Positions 37,978 through 47,938 are shown, counted from the stretch's first letter. The stretch: DNA of 64,000 bases from an uncultured Holophaga sp. (GCA_963664825.1 OY761614.1:2048001-2112000); one strand, 5' to 3'. A program made the numbers and translations. Notes: a model not told the origin generated them from the sequence alone.

Positions 37978-39162
37978 GTGTCCATCCGCGAACAGCTTGC
38001 CGCCTTCCAATCCCTGAAGACGGATCTCTTCCAAAAGGATTTCCTGCTCACCTGGGAGCATTCCACCGAGGAACTCTCGGCCATCCTCACCCTGGCCGAG
38101 ACCCTCAAGCAGATCCACCAGGCGGGCCAATCCTACCGCGCCTTCGATACGGGCCTGGCCATCTCCATCTTCCGGGACAATTCCACCCGCACGCGCTTCT
38201 CCTTCGCCTCGGCGGCCAGCGCCATGGGCTTCACGCTCTCGGAACTCGATGAGCAGAAGAGCCAAGTGGCCCACGGCGAGACCGTGCGGGAGACCGCCAA
38301 CATGATCAGCTTCCTGGCCGAAGTCATCGGCATCCGGGACGACATGTTCCTGGGCGAGGGCCACACCTACATGCAGGAGGTGGGCGACGCCCTCACGGAC
38401 GGCGCGAAGCAGGGCGTGCTCCACCGCCGCCCCAGCCTCATCAACCTCCAGTGCGATATCGATCATCCCACCCAGGTCCTGGCCGATCTGGCCTGGCTCA
38501 AGAAGCACTTCGGCAGTCTCGAGAACCTGAAGGGCAAGAAGATCGCCATGACCTGGGCCTATAGCCCCAGCTACGGCAAGCCCCTCTCCGTGCCCCAGGG
38601 CGTCATCGGCCTGATGACGCGCTTCGGCATGAACGTGAGCCTGGCCCATCCCGAGGGCTACGATCTCATCCCCAAGGTCGTGGAGATGGCCGGCAAGCAG
38701 GCCAAGGCCAGCGGCGGCAGCTTCGAAACCGTCAATAGCATGGAAGCGGCCTTCGAGGGCGCCCACATCGTCTACCCCAAGTCCTGGGCTCCCTTCCAGG
38801 TCATGCAGCAGCGCACCCAGCTCCTGAAGCAGTCCGACAAGGCAGGCCTCCAGGACCTGGAACAGGCCTGTCTGGCCAATAACGCCAAATTCCAGAACTG
38901 GGAATGCGACCGCGCCAAGATGAACCTCACCCACGACAAGAAGGCCCTCTACATGCACTGCCTGCCCGCCGATATCACCGACGTGAGCTGCAAGGCCGGC
39001 GAAGTGAGCAAGGAGGTCTTCGAACAATACCGCATTCCCACCTACGCTGAAGCCAGCTACAAGCCCTTCGTCATCAGCGCCCTCATGTTCCTCACGCGGC
39101 TCCAGAACCCCGGCGCCAAGCTCGAAGAGATCGTGAACCGCGCGAAGACACTCAGCATCTAG
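37978..39162 (+). CDS. ygeW: Knotted carbamoyltransferase YgeW
   Basis: FRDNSTRTRFS, LQCDIDHPTQ, WAYSPSYGKPLSVPQG and YMHCLPAD motifs. GTG start after AGGAG. Confidence 0.95.
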   Translation: MSIREQLAAFQSLKTDLFQKDFLLTWEHSTEELSAILTLAETLKQIHQAGQSYRAFDTGLAISIFRDNSTRTRFSFASAASAMGFTLSELDEQKSQVAHGETVRETANMISFLAEVIGIRDDMFLGEGHTYMQEVGDALTDGAKQGVLHRRPSLINLQCDIDHPTQVLADLAWLKKHFGSLENLKGKKIAMTWAYSPSYGKPLSVPQGVIGLMTRFGMNVSLAHPEGYDLIPKVVEMAGKQAKASGGSFETVNSMEAAFEGAHIVYPKSWAPFQVMQQRTQLLKQSDKAGLQDLEQACLANNAKFQNWECDRAKMNLTHDKKALYMHCLPADITDVSCKAGEVSKEVFEQYRIPTYAEASYKPFVISALMFLTRLQNPGAKLEEIVNRAKTLSI

Positions 39163-39183
39163 CACAGCCCCAGGAGCCCGCCC

Positions 39184-40638
39184 ATGTCTCGAATCGTGAA
39201 ATCCTCCAACCCCGAAGTCGTCAAGCGGACGGCCAAGCGCTGCCGTGAGCGGGGCATCGTCATTCCGACCTTCGCGCAGATGCGCAACCCCGCGAGCATC
39301 CCGGCCGCCCAGAAGGCCAAGCTCAAGGGCGTGGGCCTCTGGGATGTGAACCCCGCCAACCTCTTCCGCATCACCTGGAAGAATGATCCGGAGACGGGCC
39401 TCTTCGCGGGTCCCAACTTCCTGGAGATCCCTCGGGAGATCACGGGCATCAAGGCCCGGGTCATCGGGCTGGTGGGCAAGTACTTTCCCACCGGCGCCCA
39501 CAAGGTCGGCGCGGCCTTCGCCTGCCTGGTGCCCCGCCTCGTGAGCGGCGAGTTCGATCCCGATAAGCACAAGGCCGTCTGGCCCAGCACCGGGAACTAC
39601 TGCCGGGGCGGCGCCTTCGATTCGGCCATCCTGGGTTGCACGGCCGTGGCCATCCTGCCGGAGAACATGTCCAAGGAGCGCTTCACCTGGCTGGCGGAGA
39701 TCGGCGCCGAAGTGATCGCCACCAAGGGCTGCGAATCCAACGTGAAGGAGATCTACGACAAGTGCTGGGAGCTGAAGAACGATCCCATCCACATGGTCTT
39801 CAACCAGTTCGAGGAATTCGGAAACCCCATCTGGCACTACAACGTGACCGGTCCTGCCATGGAAGAGGTCTTCAATGGCCTGAAAAACGAGAAGACTCGT
39901 TTTTCAGCGTATGTCAGTGCCACCGGGAGCGCTGGGACCATTGGGGCGGGGGATTATCTGAAGAAGCAGTTCCCCGGCCTGAAGATCGTGGCCACCGAGG
40001 CCCAGCAGTGCCCGACGCTCCTGAACAACGGCTTCGGCGATCACCGCATCGAGGGCATCGGCGATAAGCATGTGCCCTGGGTCCACAATGTCCGCAATAC
40101 CGACGCCGTGGCCGCCATCGATGACGAGGATTGCATGCGCCTCCTGCGGCTCTTCAACGAGCCCGAGGGACAGAAGTTCCTCGCGGCCTCAGGTGTGGAC
40201 GCAGGGACCATCCAGAAACTCGGCCTGCTGGGCATCAGCGGCATCTGCAACATGCTGGCCGCCATCAAGGCCGCCAAGTATTGGGAGCTGGACGAGAACG
40301 ACGTGGTCTTCACCATCTTCACCGATAGCGTGGAGATGTATCGTTCGCGCCTGGAGGAGCTCACAGCCGAGCGCGGCGCCTTCACCGCCGTGGACGCCGC
40401 CCGAACCCAGACCGGCAGCCTCGAGCGCCAGGCCGTGGATCACTTCAAGGAACTCTCCTTCACCGACCGCAAGGCCATCCACAACCTGAAGTACTACACC
40501 TGGGTCGAGCAGCAGGGGAAGACCTTCGAGGAGATCAACGCTCAGTGGAACCCCGAGTATTGGCGCGAGATGTTTGAAGAGGAGGTCGTCCACTTCGACC
40601 AGCTCATCACCGACTTCAATCGGGAAGTCGGACTGTAA
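39184..40638 (+). CDS. PLP-dependent enzyme, fold type II (tryptophan synthase beta-like), function unassigned
   Basis: FPTGAHKVGAA, WPSTGNYCRGG, NQFEEFGN, ATGSAGT and IEGIGDKH motifs. Confidence 0.85.
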   Translation: MSRIVKSSNPEVVKRTAKRCRERGIVIPTFAQMRNPASIPAAQKAKLKGVGLWDVNPANLFRITWKNDPETGLFAGPNFLEIPREITGIKARVIGLVGKYFPTGAHKVGAAFACLVPRLVSGEFDPDKHKAVWPSTGNYCRGGAFDSAILGCTAVAILPENMSKERFTWLAEIGAEVIATKGCESNVKEIYDKCWELKNDPIHMVFNQFEEFGNPIWHYNVTGPAMEEVFNGLKNEKTRFSAYVSATGSAGTIGAGDYLKKQFPGLKIVATEAQQCPTLLNNGFGDHRIEGIGDKHVPWVHNVRNTDAVAAIDDEDCMRLLRLFNEPEGQKFLAASGVDAGTIQKLGLLGISGICNMLAAIKAAKYWELDENDVVFTIFTDSVEMYRSRLEELTAERGAFTAVDAARTQTGSLERQAVDHFKELSFTDRKAIHNLKYYTWVEQQGKTFEEINAQWNPEYWREMFEEEVVHFDQLITDFNREVGL

Positions 40639-40640
40639 GG

Positions 40641-40740
40641 CACCACGGAGGCACGGAGGGCGCGGAGAACTGAACACGGAGAAAGAGGATCCTATTCTTC
40701 CTCCCTGTCTTTACTCTGTGTCCTCCGTGCCTCCGTGGTG
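40641..40740. repeat. 100-bp intergenic element with 19-bp perfect terminal inverted repeats built from 9-bp units
   Basis: caccacggaggcacggagg ... cctccgtgcctccgtggtg. Confidence 0.85.
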
Positions 40741-40765
40741 AATTGTTTTTTTGAAAGCTGATTCC

Positions 40766-42085
40766 ATGCGCATCCTCATCCAGAACGGCACCCTCATCAC
40801 CTTCGGCTCGCCCTGCCGCGTGCTGGAGGGCCATTCCATGCTCCTGGAGGATGGGCTGATCGCGAAGGTCGCCCCGCACATCGAGGGCCCCTTCGACCGG
40901 GTGCTGGATGCCAAGGGCCAGGTGGTGATGCCGGGCCTCGTGAACGCCCACATGCACTTCTACTCGACGCTGGTGCGGGGCCTGGGCAAGGCCGAACCCA
41001 GCGCCAGCTTCCAGGAGGTGCTGGACCATCTGTGGTGGCGCCTGGACCGAAAGCTGAGCCTGGACGACGTGGAGATGAGCGCCCGGATCATGCTGGTGGA
41101 GGCCATCCGCAAGGGCACCACCACCCTTGTGGATCATCACGCCAGCCCCGGCTCCGTGCGGGGTTCCTTGGATCGCATCGCCCTGGCCGTGAAGGAAATG
41201 GGTCTGCGCGCCTGCCTCTGCTACGAACTCTCGGACCGCGATGGGGAGGCCATCCTCGAGGAGGGCCTGGAGGAGAACGCCGCCTTCGCCAAGCGCTGCG
41301 CCCGGGAAGAAGATCCGCAGCTGCGGGCCCTCTTCGGCCTCCATGCGGCCTTCACCCTTTCGGATTCTTCCCTGGACCGAGCCTCGGTCCTGGGCCATGA
41401 CCTCGGCACCGGCTTCCATGTGCATGTGGCGGAAGCCGCTTCCGACGTGGCCTTCAACCGCGAGCACCATGGCCTCAGCTCCGTGGCCCGTCTCGACGCC
41501 CATGGCCTGCTGGGGCCGAAGAGCCTCGCCGGCCATGCCGTGCACGTGGACGAGGCCGATATGGAGATCCTTGCCCGCACGGGCACCTTCGTGGCCCACA
41601 ATCCCCAGTCCAATCTCAACAATGCCGTGGGCATCGCCAACGTGGTGGAACTGGTCAAGCGCGGCGTGCGCGTGGGGTTGGGCACGGACGCCATGACCGT
41701 CAATATGCTGGAGGAAGTGCGGGTGGGCCTCTTCGCCCAGCATCTCCGCCAGGAGAATCCCAGCTGCGGCTTCATGGAACTCACCAATGCGCTCTTCCTG
41801 CGCAACCCCGAATTGGCCAGTCGGCTCTGGGGCTTTCCCATCGGGCGTCTGGAAGAGGGCGCTGTCGCCGATGTCATCCTGATGGATTACCACGCCCCCA
41901 CGCCCCTGGATGACAGCACCGTCCTGGGTCATCTCGTCTTCGGCATCTCCCAGGGAACCGTGGACACCACCATCTGCGGCGGCCGCATCCTCATGGAGGG
42001 CAAGCGCCTGAAGATCGACGTGGACGAGGCCGAACTCGCCGCCCGCAGCCGGGTCCTGGCCAAGGACCTCTGGGAGAGGTTCTAG
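40766..42085 (+). CDS. ssnA: Aminohydrolase SsnA
   Basis: PGLVNAHMHFYS, WWRLD, DHHASP, YE.SDRDG, GLHAAFT, HNPQSN.NNAVG and LGTD motifs. Confidence 0.92.
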   Translation: MRILIQNGTLITFGSPCRVLEGHSMLLEDGLIAKVAPHIEGPFDRVLDAKGQVVMPGLVNAHMHFYSTLVRGLGKAEPSASFQEVLDHLWWRLDRKLSLDDVEMSARIMLVEAIRKGTTTLVDHHASPGSVRGSLDRIALAVKEMGLRACLCYELSDRDGEAILEEGLEENAAFAKRCAREEDPQLRALFGLHAAFTLSDSSLDRASVLGHDLGTGFHVHVAEAASDVAFNREHHGLSSVARLDAHGLLGPKSLAGHAVHVDEADMEILARTGTFVAHNPQSNLNNAVGIANVVELVKRGVRVGLGTDAMTVNMLEEVRVGLFAQHLRQENPSCGFMELTNALFLRNPELASRLWGFPIGRLEEGAVADVILMDYHAPTPLDDSTVLGHLVFGISQGTVDTTICGGRILMEGKRLKIDVDEAELAARSRVLAKDLWERF

Positions 42086-42103
42086 CCGGATCGCGTCGAG
42101 GGT

Positions 42104-43006
42104 CTAGGGCTTCAGGACCGGTTTTCGCATGGCTCCGGGATGGATCGGCAGCCAGTGATCCACGAAGAGGGGCTGGGCGACCTTGTCGGCGGCCTTCAGG
42201 CGCTTGAGGGTGCCGGACTGGTCCCGGGCCGCCAGGACGATGGCGAAGGCATGGGAGAGGGCCGCGAAGGAGGTGAGGCTGAAGCTGAAGAGCAGATCCT
42301 CGCTGGGCACGGGGATGAGGATATCGGCGTAGGGCGCCAGGGGGGAGGCCTTCTGGTCGGAGAAGGCGAGCACGGGGACGCCATTCTGCTTGGCGAAGAT
42401 GGCCGCGTCCACCGTCTCCCGGCTGTAGGGCGCGAAGCTGATTACCACCAGCAGGTCCTTGGGCCTCAGATTGGCGACCTGGTTGGAGAAGTCCGAAGGC
42501 AGGGCCGCGATGCAGGGCACACCGGCCTGGGTGAGGTAGAAGGCGAAGATCTGGCCCATGACGTGTCCCACGCCTCGGCCCAGGATCACGCGATGATTGG
42601 CCTGCACCAGCACCTGGGTGGCAGATTCCAACAGGGTGTGATCCACGGCCTGGATCATCCGCGTGAGGTGTTCCCCGTCCCGCCGCACCACTTCACCCAG
42701 GGTGCCGAACATATCGGTGGGGACTTCCAACTGCTCCAGCTCCGCCTCTCCGGAACGGGCCGTGCAGGCCTCCCGAAGGGCATCCCTGAATTCACTGAAG
42801 CCCTTGTAGCCCAGGCGCTTGGCGAAGCGCATCACCGAACCGACGCTCACCTGCGCCCGCTCGGCCATGGACTCGATGCCCCAGAGGGCGCCCAGGAGCG
42901 GATCTCCCATCAGGAGATCGGCGATGGTGCGCTGGGCCTCCGGCAGATCACGGTAGGCTTCCGCGAGGCGGACCTGGATATCGGGGGTGTCGGATGGCAT
43001 GTTCAT
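42104..43006 (-). CDS. MurR/RpiR family transcriptional regulator (exact start uncertain)
   Basis: HTH region VSVGSVMRFAKRLGYKGFSEF and SIS domain motifs ISFAPYSRET and SD...SPL. Confidence 0.9.
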   Translation of the reverse strand: MNMPSDTPDIQVRLAEAYRDLPEAQRTIADLLMGDPLLGALWGIESMAERAQVSVGSVMRFAKRLGYKGFSEFRDALREACTARSGEAELEQLEVPTDMFGTLGEVVRRDGEHLTRMIQAVDHTLLESATQVLVQANHRVILGRGVGHVMGQIFAFYLTQAGVPCIAALPSDFSNQVANLRPKDLLVVISFAPYSRETVDAAIFAKQNGVPVLAFSDQKASPLAPYADILIPVPSEDLLFSFSLTSFAALSHAFAIVLAARDQSGTLKRLKAADKVAQPLFVDHWLPIHPGAMRKPVLKP

Positions 43007-43142
43007 GGTCTTGAAATAGTTTACCATGATAAAAATATTCCAGATCATTCCGGGGTTGTCATCCCTTCGTTGCCAATGCCCTCCCGGCAGGGGATGCGAT
43101 GGGGTTCCAGCTGCCTAGGATGGAGCCAGGAGTGGACGCGCC

Positions 43143-44108
43143 ATGGGACATACGGGACTCGTGCTGGGAGTCGATATCGGCGGGACCAATACGTCCCTGG
43201 GGCTGGTGGACCAAGAGGGGCGGTGCCACGCCTCGGATTCCATGCCCACCCGCGGCGATCAGGCGCCCCAGCTCTTCTTCCAGCGCCTGCATGCCCGGGC
43301 CCAGGGTCTGCTGGAGGGCCTGGGGGAGGGCTTCGAACTTCTGGGGATCGGCATGGGGGCGCCCAATGCCAACTACGCCCGGGGAACCATTGAGAACCCT
43401 CCCAATCTCAGCTGGGGCCGTGTGGATCTGCGCTTGGAATGGTCCCCGTACTTCCAGGTGCCCGTGGTGGCCACCAATGACGCCAATGCCGCGGCCCTGG
43501 GTGAAATGCATTTCGGGGCGGCCCGGGGCATGCGGGACTTCATGGTCATTACCCTGGGGACGGGGCTTGGCAGCGGCATCGTGGTGGATGGCAGGCTGGT
43601 CTATGGTTCCACGGGCTTCGCCGGCGAAGTGGGTCATGTGATCGTGGATCCCCAAGGCCGCCTCTGTGGCTGCGGACGCCGGGGCTGCCTGGAGACCTTC
43701 GCCTCGGCCACGGGCATCCGGCGCACGGTCCTGGAGCTGCTGGAGGCCGGGTCCCTGGCCACGGAGCTGCGGGAGGTGCCTCCTCCCGAACTCAGCTCCC
43801 GGAGGATCTTCGAGGCCGCCCAGGGGGGCGATGCCCTGGCCCTGGAAGCCTTCCGGATCACCGGCGATATCCTGGGCCGAAAGCTGGCGGATGCCGTGGT
43901 CTTCACTAGCCCCGAGGCCATCATCCTGTTCGGAGGCCTGGCCGGAGCCGGAGCCCTGCTCTTCGATCCCACCCGGCGAGCCTTGGAGGAAAACCTCTTC
44001 CCCATCTTCAGGAACACGGTGAAGCTCCTGCCCTCGGGCATCCAGGGCGGCCAGGCCGCGATCCTGGGCGCGAGCGCCCTGGGTTGGGACGCGCTCACCA
44101 AGGGCTAA
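43143..44108 (+). CDS. ROK family glucokinase
   Basis: GVDIGGT, NDANAAALGE, TLGTGLGSG and GEVGH...CGCGRRGCLE motifs. Confidence 0.92.
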   Translation: MGHTGLVLGVDIGGTNTSLGLVDQEGRCHASDSMPTRGDQAPQLFFQRLHARAQGLLEGLGEGFELLGIGMGAPNANYARGTIENPPNLSWGRVDLRLEWSPYFQVPVVATNDANAAALGEMHFGAARGMRDFMVITLGTGLGSGIVVDGRLVYGSTGFAGEVGHVIVDPQGRLCGCGRRGCLETFASATGIRRTVLELLEAGSLATELREVPPPELSSRRIFEAAQGGDALALEAFRITGDILGRKLADAVVFTSPEAIILFGGLAGAGALLFDPTRRALEENLFPIFRNTVKLLPSGIQGGQAAILGASALGWDALTKG

Positions 44109-44145
44109 GATACTTCGACTCCCCCCACAACCTTCCGGTGTGCCC

Positions 44146-45609
44146 ATGATTCCTGCCCTTTTCAGACGCACGTTCCTGGCGCTTGCGATCCTCCTGCCCT
44201 GTGGGGGGGCGCAGTCGGCTCCCGTCCTCGAGACCCTGCCTCCCGGCCAGCGATGGCTGGATCACTTCCGGGAGGATCTCCTGCCCTTCTGGAATCTGCC
44301 GGACGCCTGGGGAAGCCCCAAAGGGAACTTCCCCACCTTCCGCTGCAATGATGGCCATCGGGCCTCCAGCACTCAGCCTTGCCCCGAGATCACCTGGGCC
44401 CCGGGGTGGATCAAGGAGGGGCTCGGCTGCGAATTCGTGCGCATGAAATCGCGACAGACCTACTTCTACGGGGTGGCCTACCACCTCACGGGGGATCCGA
44501 AGCTGCTCGCCCTGGCCCGGGATGGCGTGCAGTATCTCCGGCAGCATGCCCTGGAAAAGGAGAGCGGCAGCGCCATCTCCTACTGGGAGAAGGGCGTGGC
44601 CGGGCCTCCGCTCCTGCAGCGCACGAGCCAGGATCTGGCCTACGCCCAGCTCGGCATGGCGATGTACTACTACCTCACCCGGGACAAGGCAGTGCTGGCC
44701 GATATCCTGCGCCTGAAGGCGCACATCTTCAGCCAGTATTGGAATCCGGATTGGGGCATGCTTCGATGGGCGGTCCAGGACGAGAAGGGCGCGGAGGATA
44801 AGCGCCAGGAACTGGTGGCCCAGCTCGATCAGATCAACGCCTACATGCTGCTGCTCACGCCCATCCTGCCGGAGCCCTATCGCGCCCAGTGGAAGCGGGA
44901 TCTGGTGAGGCTCGCCCGGGTGATGATCGAACAGTATTTCGCTCCGGAGCGCCACCTCTTCTGGGGCACGATCCAGGATGCCCGCGGCAAGACCCTGGGT
45001 GCGCGGCACACGGACTTCGGTCACACGGCCAAGGCCCTGTGGATGATCGAACGCATCGGGCGCCTCACGGGGGAAAGGGCCCTGGTGGACTTCGCCAGCC
45101 GGGAAGGGCGGGAGGTCCTTGCCCAGGCCTATCTGGCCGATTCAGGCTCCTGGGCCTCCCGTCCCCAGGCCGATGGCAGCCTGGATATGGGCAAGGAATG
45201 GTGGATCTACGCCGAGCTCGACCAGCTCGCCGCGACCCTGGCTCTGACTGATCCTGCCCAGGGACGCTACCTGGCGAAGACCTACGATTACTGGCTGCGC
45301 TTCATGGTGGACCACGCCCAGCACGAGATTTATGCCTGGGTGGATGGGCGCGATAACAAGGGCAGTCCGGGGCTCAAGATCCACGCCTGGAAGAGTGGCT
45401 ACCACTCTTCCGAACACGCGCTGGTGAGCTACATAACCTCCCAGGCGCTGCACGGAAGGCCCGTCACGCTCTTCTACGCCTTCGCGTCCCCGGATCCCGG
45501 GGTGCGCCCCTATTTCTTCTCTGCCAGGCCCGTGCAGACACGAGTCACGGCCCTGGCAGGCTTTCCGGGCCTGCGGAAGATCCGCGTCCGTTTTGCGGGC
45601 CTGCGCTAA
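44146..45609 (+). CDS. AGE/cellobiose 2-epimerase superfamily (alpha/alpha)6 protein with a signal peptide
   Basis: SRQTY.YG, DFGH, KEWW..AE and WK.GYH motifs, plus a hydrophobic N-terminal leader. Confidence 0.7.
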   Translation: MIPALFRRTFLALAILLPCGGAQSAPVLETLPPGQRWLDHFREDLLPFWNLPDAWGSPKGNFPTFRCNDGHRASSTQPCPEITWAPGWIKEGLGCEFVRMKSRQTYFYGVAYHLTGDPKLLALARDGVQYLRQHALEKESGSAISYWEKGVAGPPLLQRTSQDLAYAQLGMAMYYYLTRDKAVLADILRLKAHIFSQYWNPDWGMLRWAVQDEKGAEDKRQELVAQLDQINAYMLLLTPILPEPYRAQWKRDLVRLARVMIEQYFAPERHLFWGTIQDARGKTLGARHTDFGHTAKALWMIERIGRLTGERALVDFASREGREVLAQAYLADSGSWASRPQADGSLDMGKEWWIYAELDQLAATLALTDPAQGRYLAKTYDYWLRFMVDHAQHEIYAWVDGRDNKGSPGLKIHAWKSGYHSSEHALVSYITSQALHGRPVTLFYAFASPDPGVRPYFFSARPVQTRVTALAGFPGLRKIRVRFAGLR

Positions 45610-45613
45610 ATCG

Positions 45614-47938
45614 CTATCGCCTGTAGATCACCGATGTGAGCGGGGCCAGGGTCACCGTCTTTCCGTCCGTGCTGAGTGTGACGCCGGTGGGAGAGGGGAT
45701 GGCCGTGAGGCCTGCGGAGGCGCCATCGGTCAGGAGCTGGCCCGCGCTCAAATCGGCATCCACGGGGAAGTCGTGAGCGACGGAATCGGCGTTGTGGAGC
45801 ACGTACCAGGTGCCCGTGCTATCCGTGGAAATGGCCTTGTACCCGAAGGCCAGTGTGCTCGTTCCCGCGCCGCTGGCGGGGATGGACGTCACGTTGGCAG
45901 GGATGGACGCATCGGGCAGGCGGAAGGCGTTGGTGGCCTTCCTGATCGCGATCAGGCCCTGGGTGTATTTGTAGAGCTTGTAGCCGTTCTGGGCGGTGTC
46001 GTAGTTGGCGAAGCCGCCGGAGACCGGATCGCCGGAATAGACCGTGGACCACTTCACCATGTTGATGGCATCGGAGGCGTTGTAGGAGTTGTCGACGAAG
46101 GTGCGGGTGCCGTTGCTCTTGGTGTTGCTGGCGGTGCTGGAGGCCGTGGTCTCCTTGGTGCGGAACATCTCGTCGCCCGCATGGAGGAAGGCTGCCCCCT
46201 GGGAGCTCAGCAGGATGGCGTAGGCGATGCGGGCGCGCTTGAGGACGGTGGCGTCATCGGCCTTCGTGGCGCTGGTGGCCAGGGAAAGGACGTCATATAG
46301 ACAGAGATTGTCATGGCAGGTGAGGTAGTTGATGACGTTATTGGTGGAACCCGGTACGAAGCCATTGCTGGGAAGTCCCGAGATATTCGAAAGGAGCGCG
46401 CTGACCGTCTGGGCTGTGCCCGTCAGGAAGGCCTTGCCTCCATCGTTGGGATAGCCGTTCTTGAAGATCTGGCGGTAGCTATCCGAGAACATGGCCACGT
46501 TCATTCCGGCGAATTTCGAAGCATTGCCCTGATCGGCGCCGGAGGTGGCGTCCCCGTTGTAGTCCGTGCCTGGGCCCGTGTAGTAGCCGGTCCAGCCCTC
46601 ACCCAGGAAGAGGGTGTGCGGATTATGGGCCAGGGCGGCACCGTAGGCGGCCTTGATGGTCTCCGTATCCAGGACGCCCATGAGATCGAAGCGGAAGCCA
46701 TCCACGTGATAGGCCTCCACCCAATGGCCGATGGAATCGACGATGAGCTTGCGCACCATCTTGGATTCGGATTTCACGTCCCGGCTGCCGGCGCCGTTAT
46801 TGCTGCTGGAGCGGTAGTAGTAGCCAGGGATCAGGGATTCCCCCAGGACATTGTTGTTGGCCGTGTGGTTGTAGACCACATCGAGGATCACGCCCATGCC
46901 CTGCCTGTGGATCTCGTTGATGAGGGTCTTGAGCTCCTGGATCCGGGCGCCTGGGTTGCTGGGATTGGCCGAATACATCCCCGTGGGTGTGAAGTAATTC
47001 TGGGGATCGTAGCCCCAGTTGTAGTTCGCGCCGGAGGTCTGTGCTGCGTCCAGCTCCCGGGTGCCGATCTTGGTCTGTTCGTAGGTGTAGTTGGCGAGGG
47101 GGCAGAGCAGCTGGACATGGGTGACGCCCAGCTTCTGGACATGGGGGAGCATGTCCACCAGGGCCTTGAATGTGCCCCAGGTGTGACCCGACGCCGTAAA
47201 GGTGAGTGTTGGGTCCACCGTGAGGTCCCGCACACCGGCCTCGTAGATGATCGCATCCCGGTTGGAGGTGAAGGTGTAGGGGGCGGCCGTTGAACCATCG
47301 ACGCCCTTCATCTTCGAACCATCGAAGTAGGCGGTTGTGTTGTAGGGCGCCCAGCCCCCATCGGGGGCCTGGGCAGCAGGGTCCAGGATGGCGCCCTTGC
47401 CGATGGAATCTCCAGGGATGCTGCTGGAGGTGGTGTGCATCCACTGGGCCATGGATTTGGCGTAGGGGTCCAGCAGATACGTGGCGCCGACGTTGTAGGC
47501 GTAGTAGTTCTGGGTCGGCAGAGGCACGGATCCGCTGGACCAGACGCCTCCGGCGCCCTTGGTCAGGCTGAGGGTGGCAGCGGGGGATGCGAGTGCATCG
47601 TTCCAATGTGCGTACAGGTTCACGCTCACCGCACTAGCCACGGGATTCCAGTAGTTGAAGGTCACGTTGGCGCCACTGACCACCGCGCCTAAGGGGGTGC
47701 TGGGCACGCCGAAGTAGGCCGTGTCCACCGTGGGGGTGGCGTTGGGGTCGGCGTCATAGTTGGTGGAGGGCGTCGTGGATGCGGAGGATCCACTCCCACC
47801 GCCGCAGCCCAGGAATCCCAGAGAAAGGGCGAGCCCACAGGCCGCCAAGGCGCGGATCGGGCGGGGCCGCGGGGAGGGGAATCCCGGCCTATGAAACCGG
47901 TTCCAAATTGTGGCGAAGGTCTTTTCACCTTTGGTCAT
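45614..47938 (-). CDS. Type I pullulanase-like GH13 lipoprotein (start uncertain)
   Basis: Lipobox FLGC, LDPYAKS, YNWGYDP, DVVYNH, GFRFDLMG, GEGW and CHDN motifs. Confidence 0.9.
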   Translation of the reverse strand: MTKGEKTFATIWNRFHRPGFPSPRPRPIRALAACGLALSLGFLGCGGGSGSSASTTPSTNYDADPNATPTVDTAYFGVPSTPLGAVVSGANVTFNYWNPVASAVSVNLYAHWNDALASPAATLSLTKGAGGVWSSGSVPLPTQNYYAYNVGATYLLDPYAKSMAQWMHTTSSSIPGDSIGKGAILDPAAQAPDGGWAPYNTTAYFDGSKMKGVDGSTAAPYTFTSNRDAIIYEAGVRDLTVDPTLTFTASGHTWGTFKALVDMLPHVQKLGVTHVQLLCPLANYTYEQTKIGTRELDAAQTSGANYNWGYDPQNYFTPTGMYSANPSNPGARIQELKTLINEIHRQGMGVILDVVYNHTANNNVLGESLIPGYYYRSSSNNGAGSRDVKSESKMVRKLIVDSIGHWVEAYHVDGFRFDLMGVLDTETIKAAYGAALAHNPHTLFLGEGWTGYYTGPGTDYNGDATSGADQGNASKFAGMNVAMFSDSYRQIFKNGYPNDGGKAFLTGTAQTVSALLSNISGLPSNGFVPGSTNNVINYLTCHDNLCLYDVLSLATSATKADDATVLKRARIAYAILLSSQGAAFLHAGDEMFRTKETTASSTASNTKSNGTRTFVDNSYNASDAINMVKWSTVYSGDPVSGGFANYDTAQNGYKLYKYTQGLIAIRKATNAFRLPDASIPANVTSIPASGAGTSTLAFGYKAISTDSTGTWYVLHNADSVAHDFPVDADLSAGQLLTDGASAGLTAIPSPTGVTLSTDGKTVTLAPLTSVIYRR
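47892..47905. promoter_or_regulatory. LacI-type operator
   Basis: TGAAACCGGTTCCA matches the three boxes in the lacI / alpha-glucosidase intergenic region. Confidence 0.7.

Noticed and set aside
40641..40740. CRISPR array (also considered for 63231-63674)
   Set aside because: These are inverted or short periodic repeats without regularly spaced unique spacers, and there are no cas genes.
27961..42085. Selenocysteine (in-frame UGA) recoding in the selenium-linked cluster
   Set aside because: All ORFs are full-length without an internal TGA. This enzyme class is known to use a labile Se cofactor instead.
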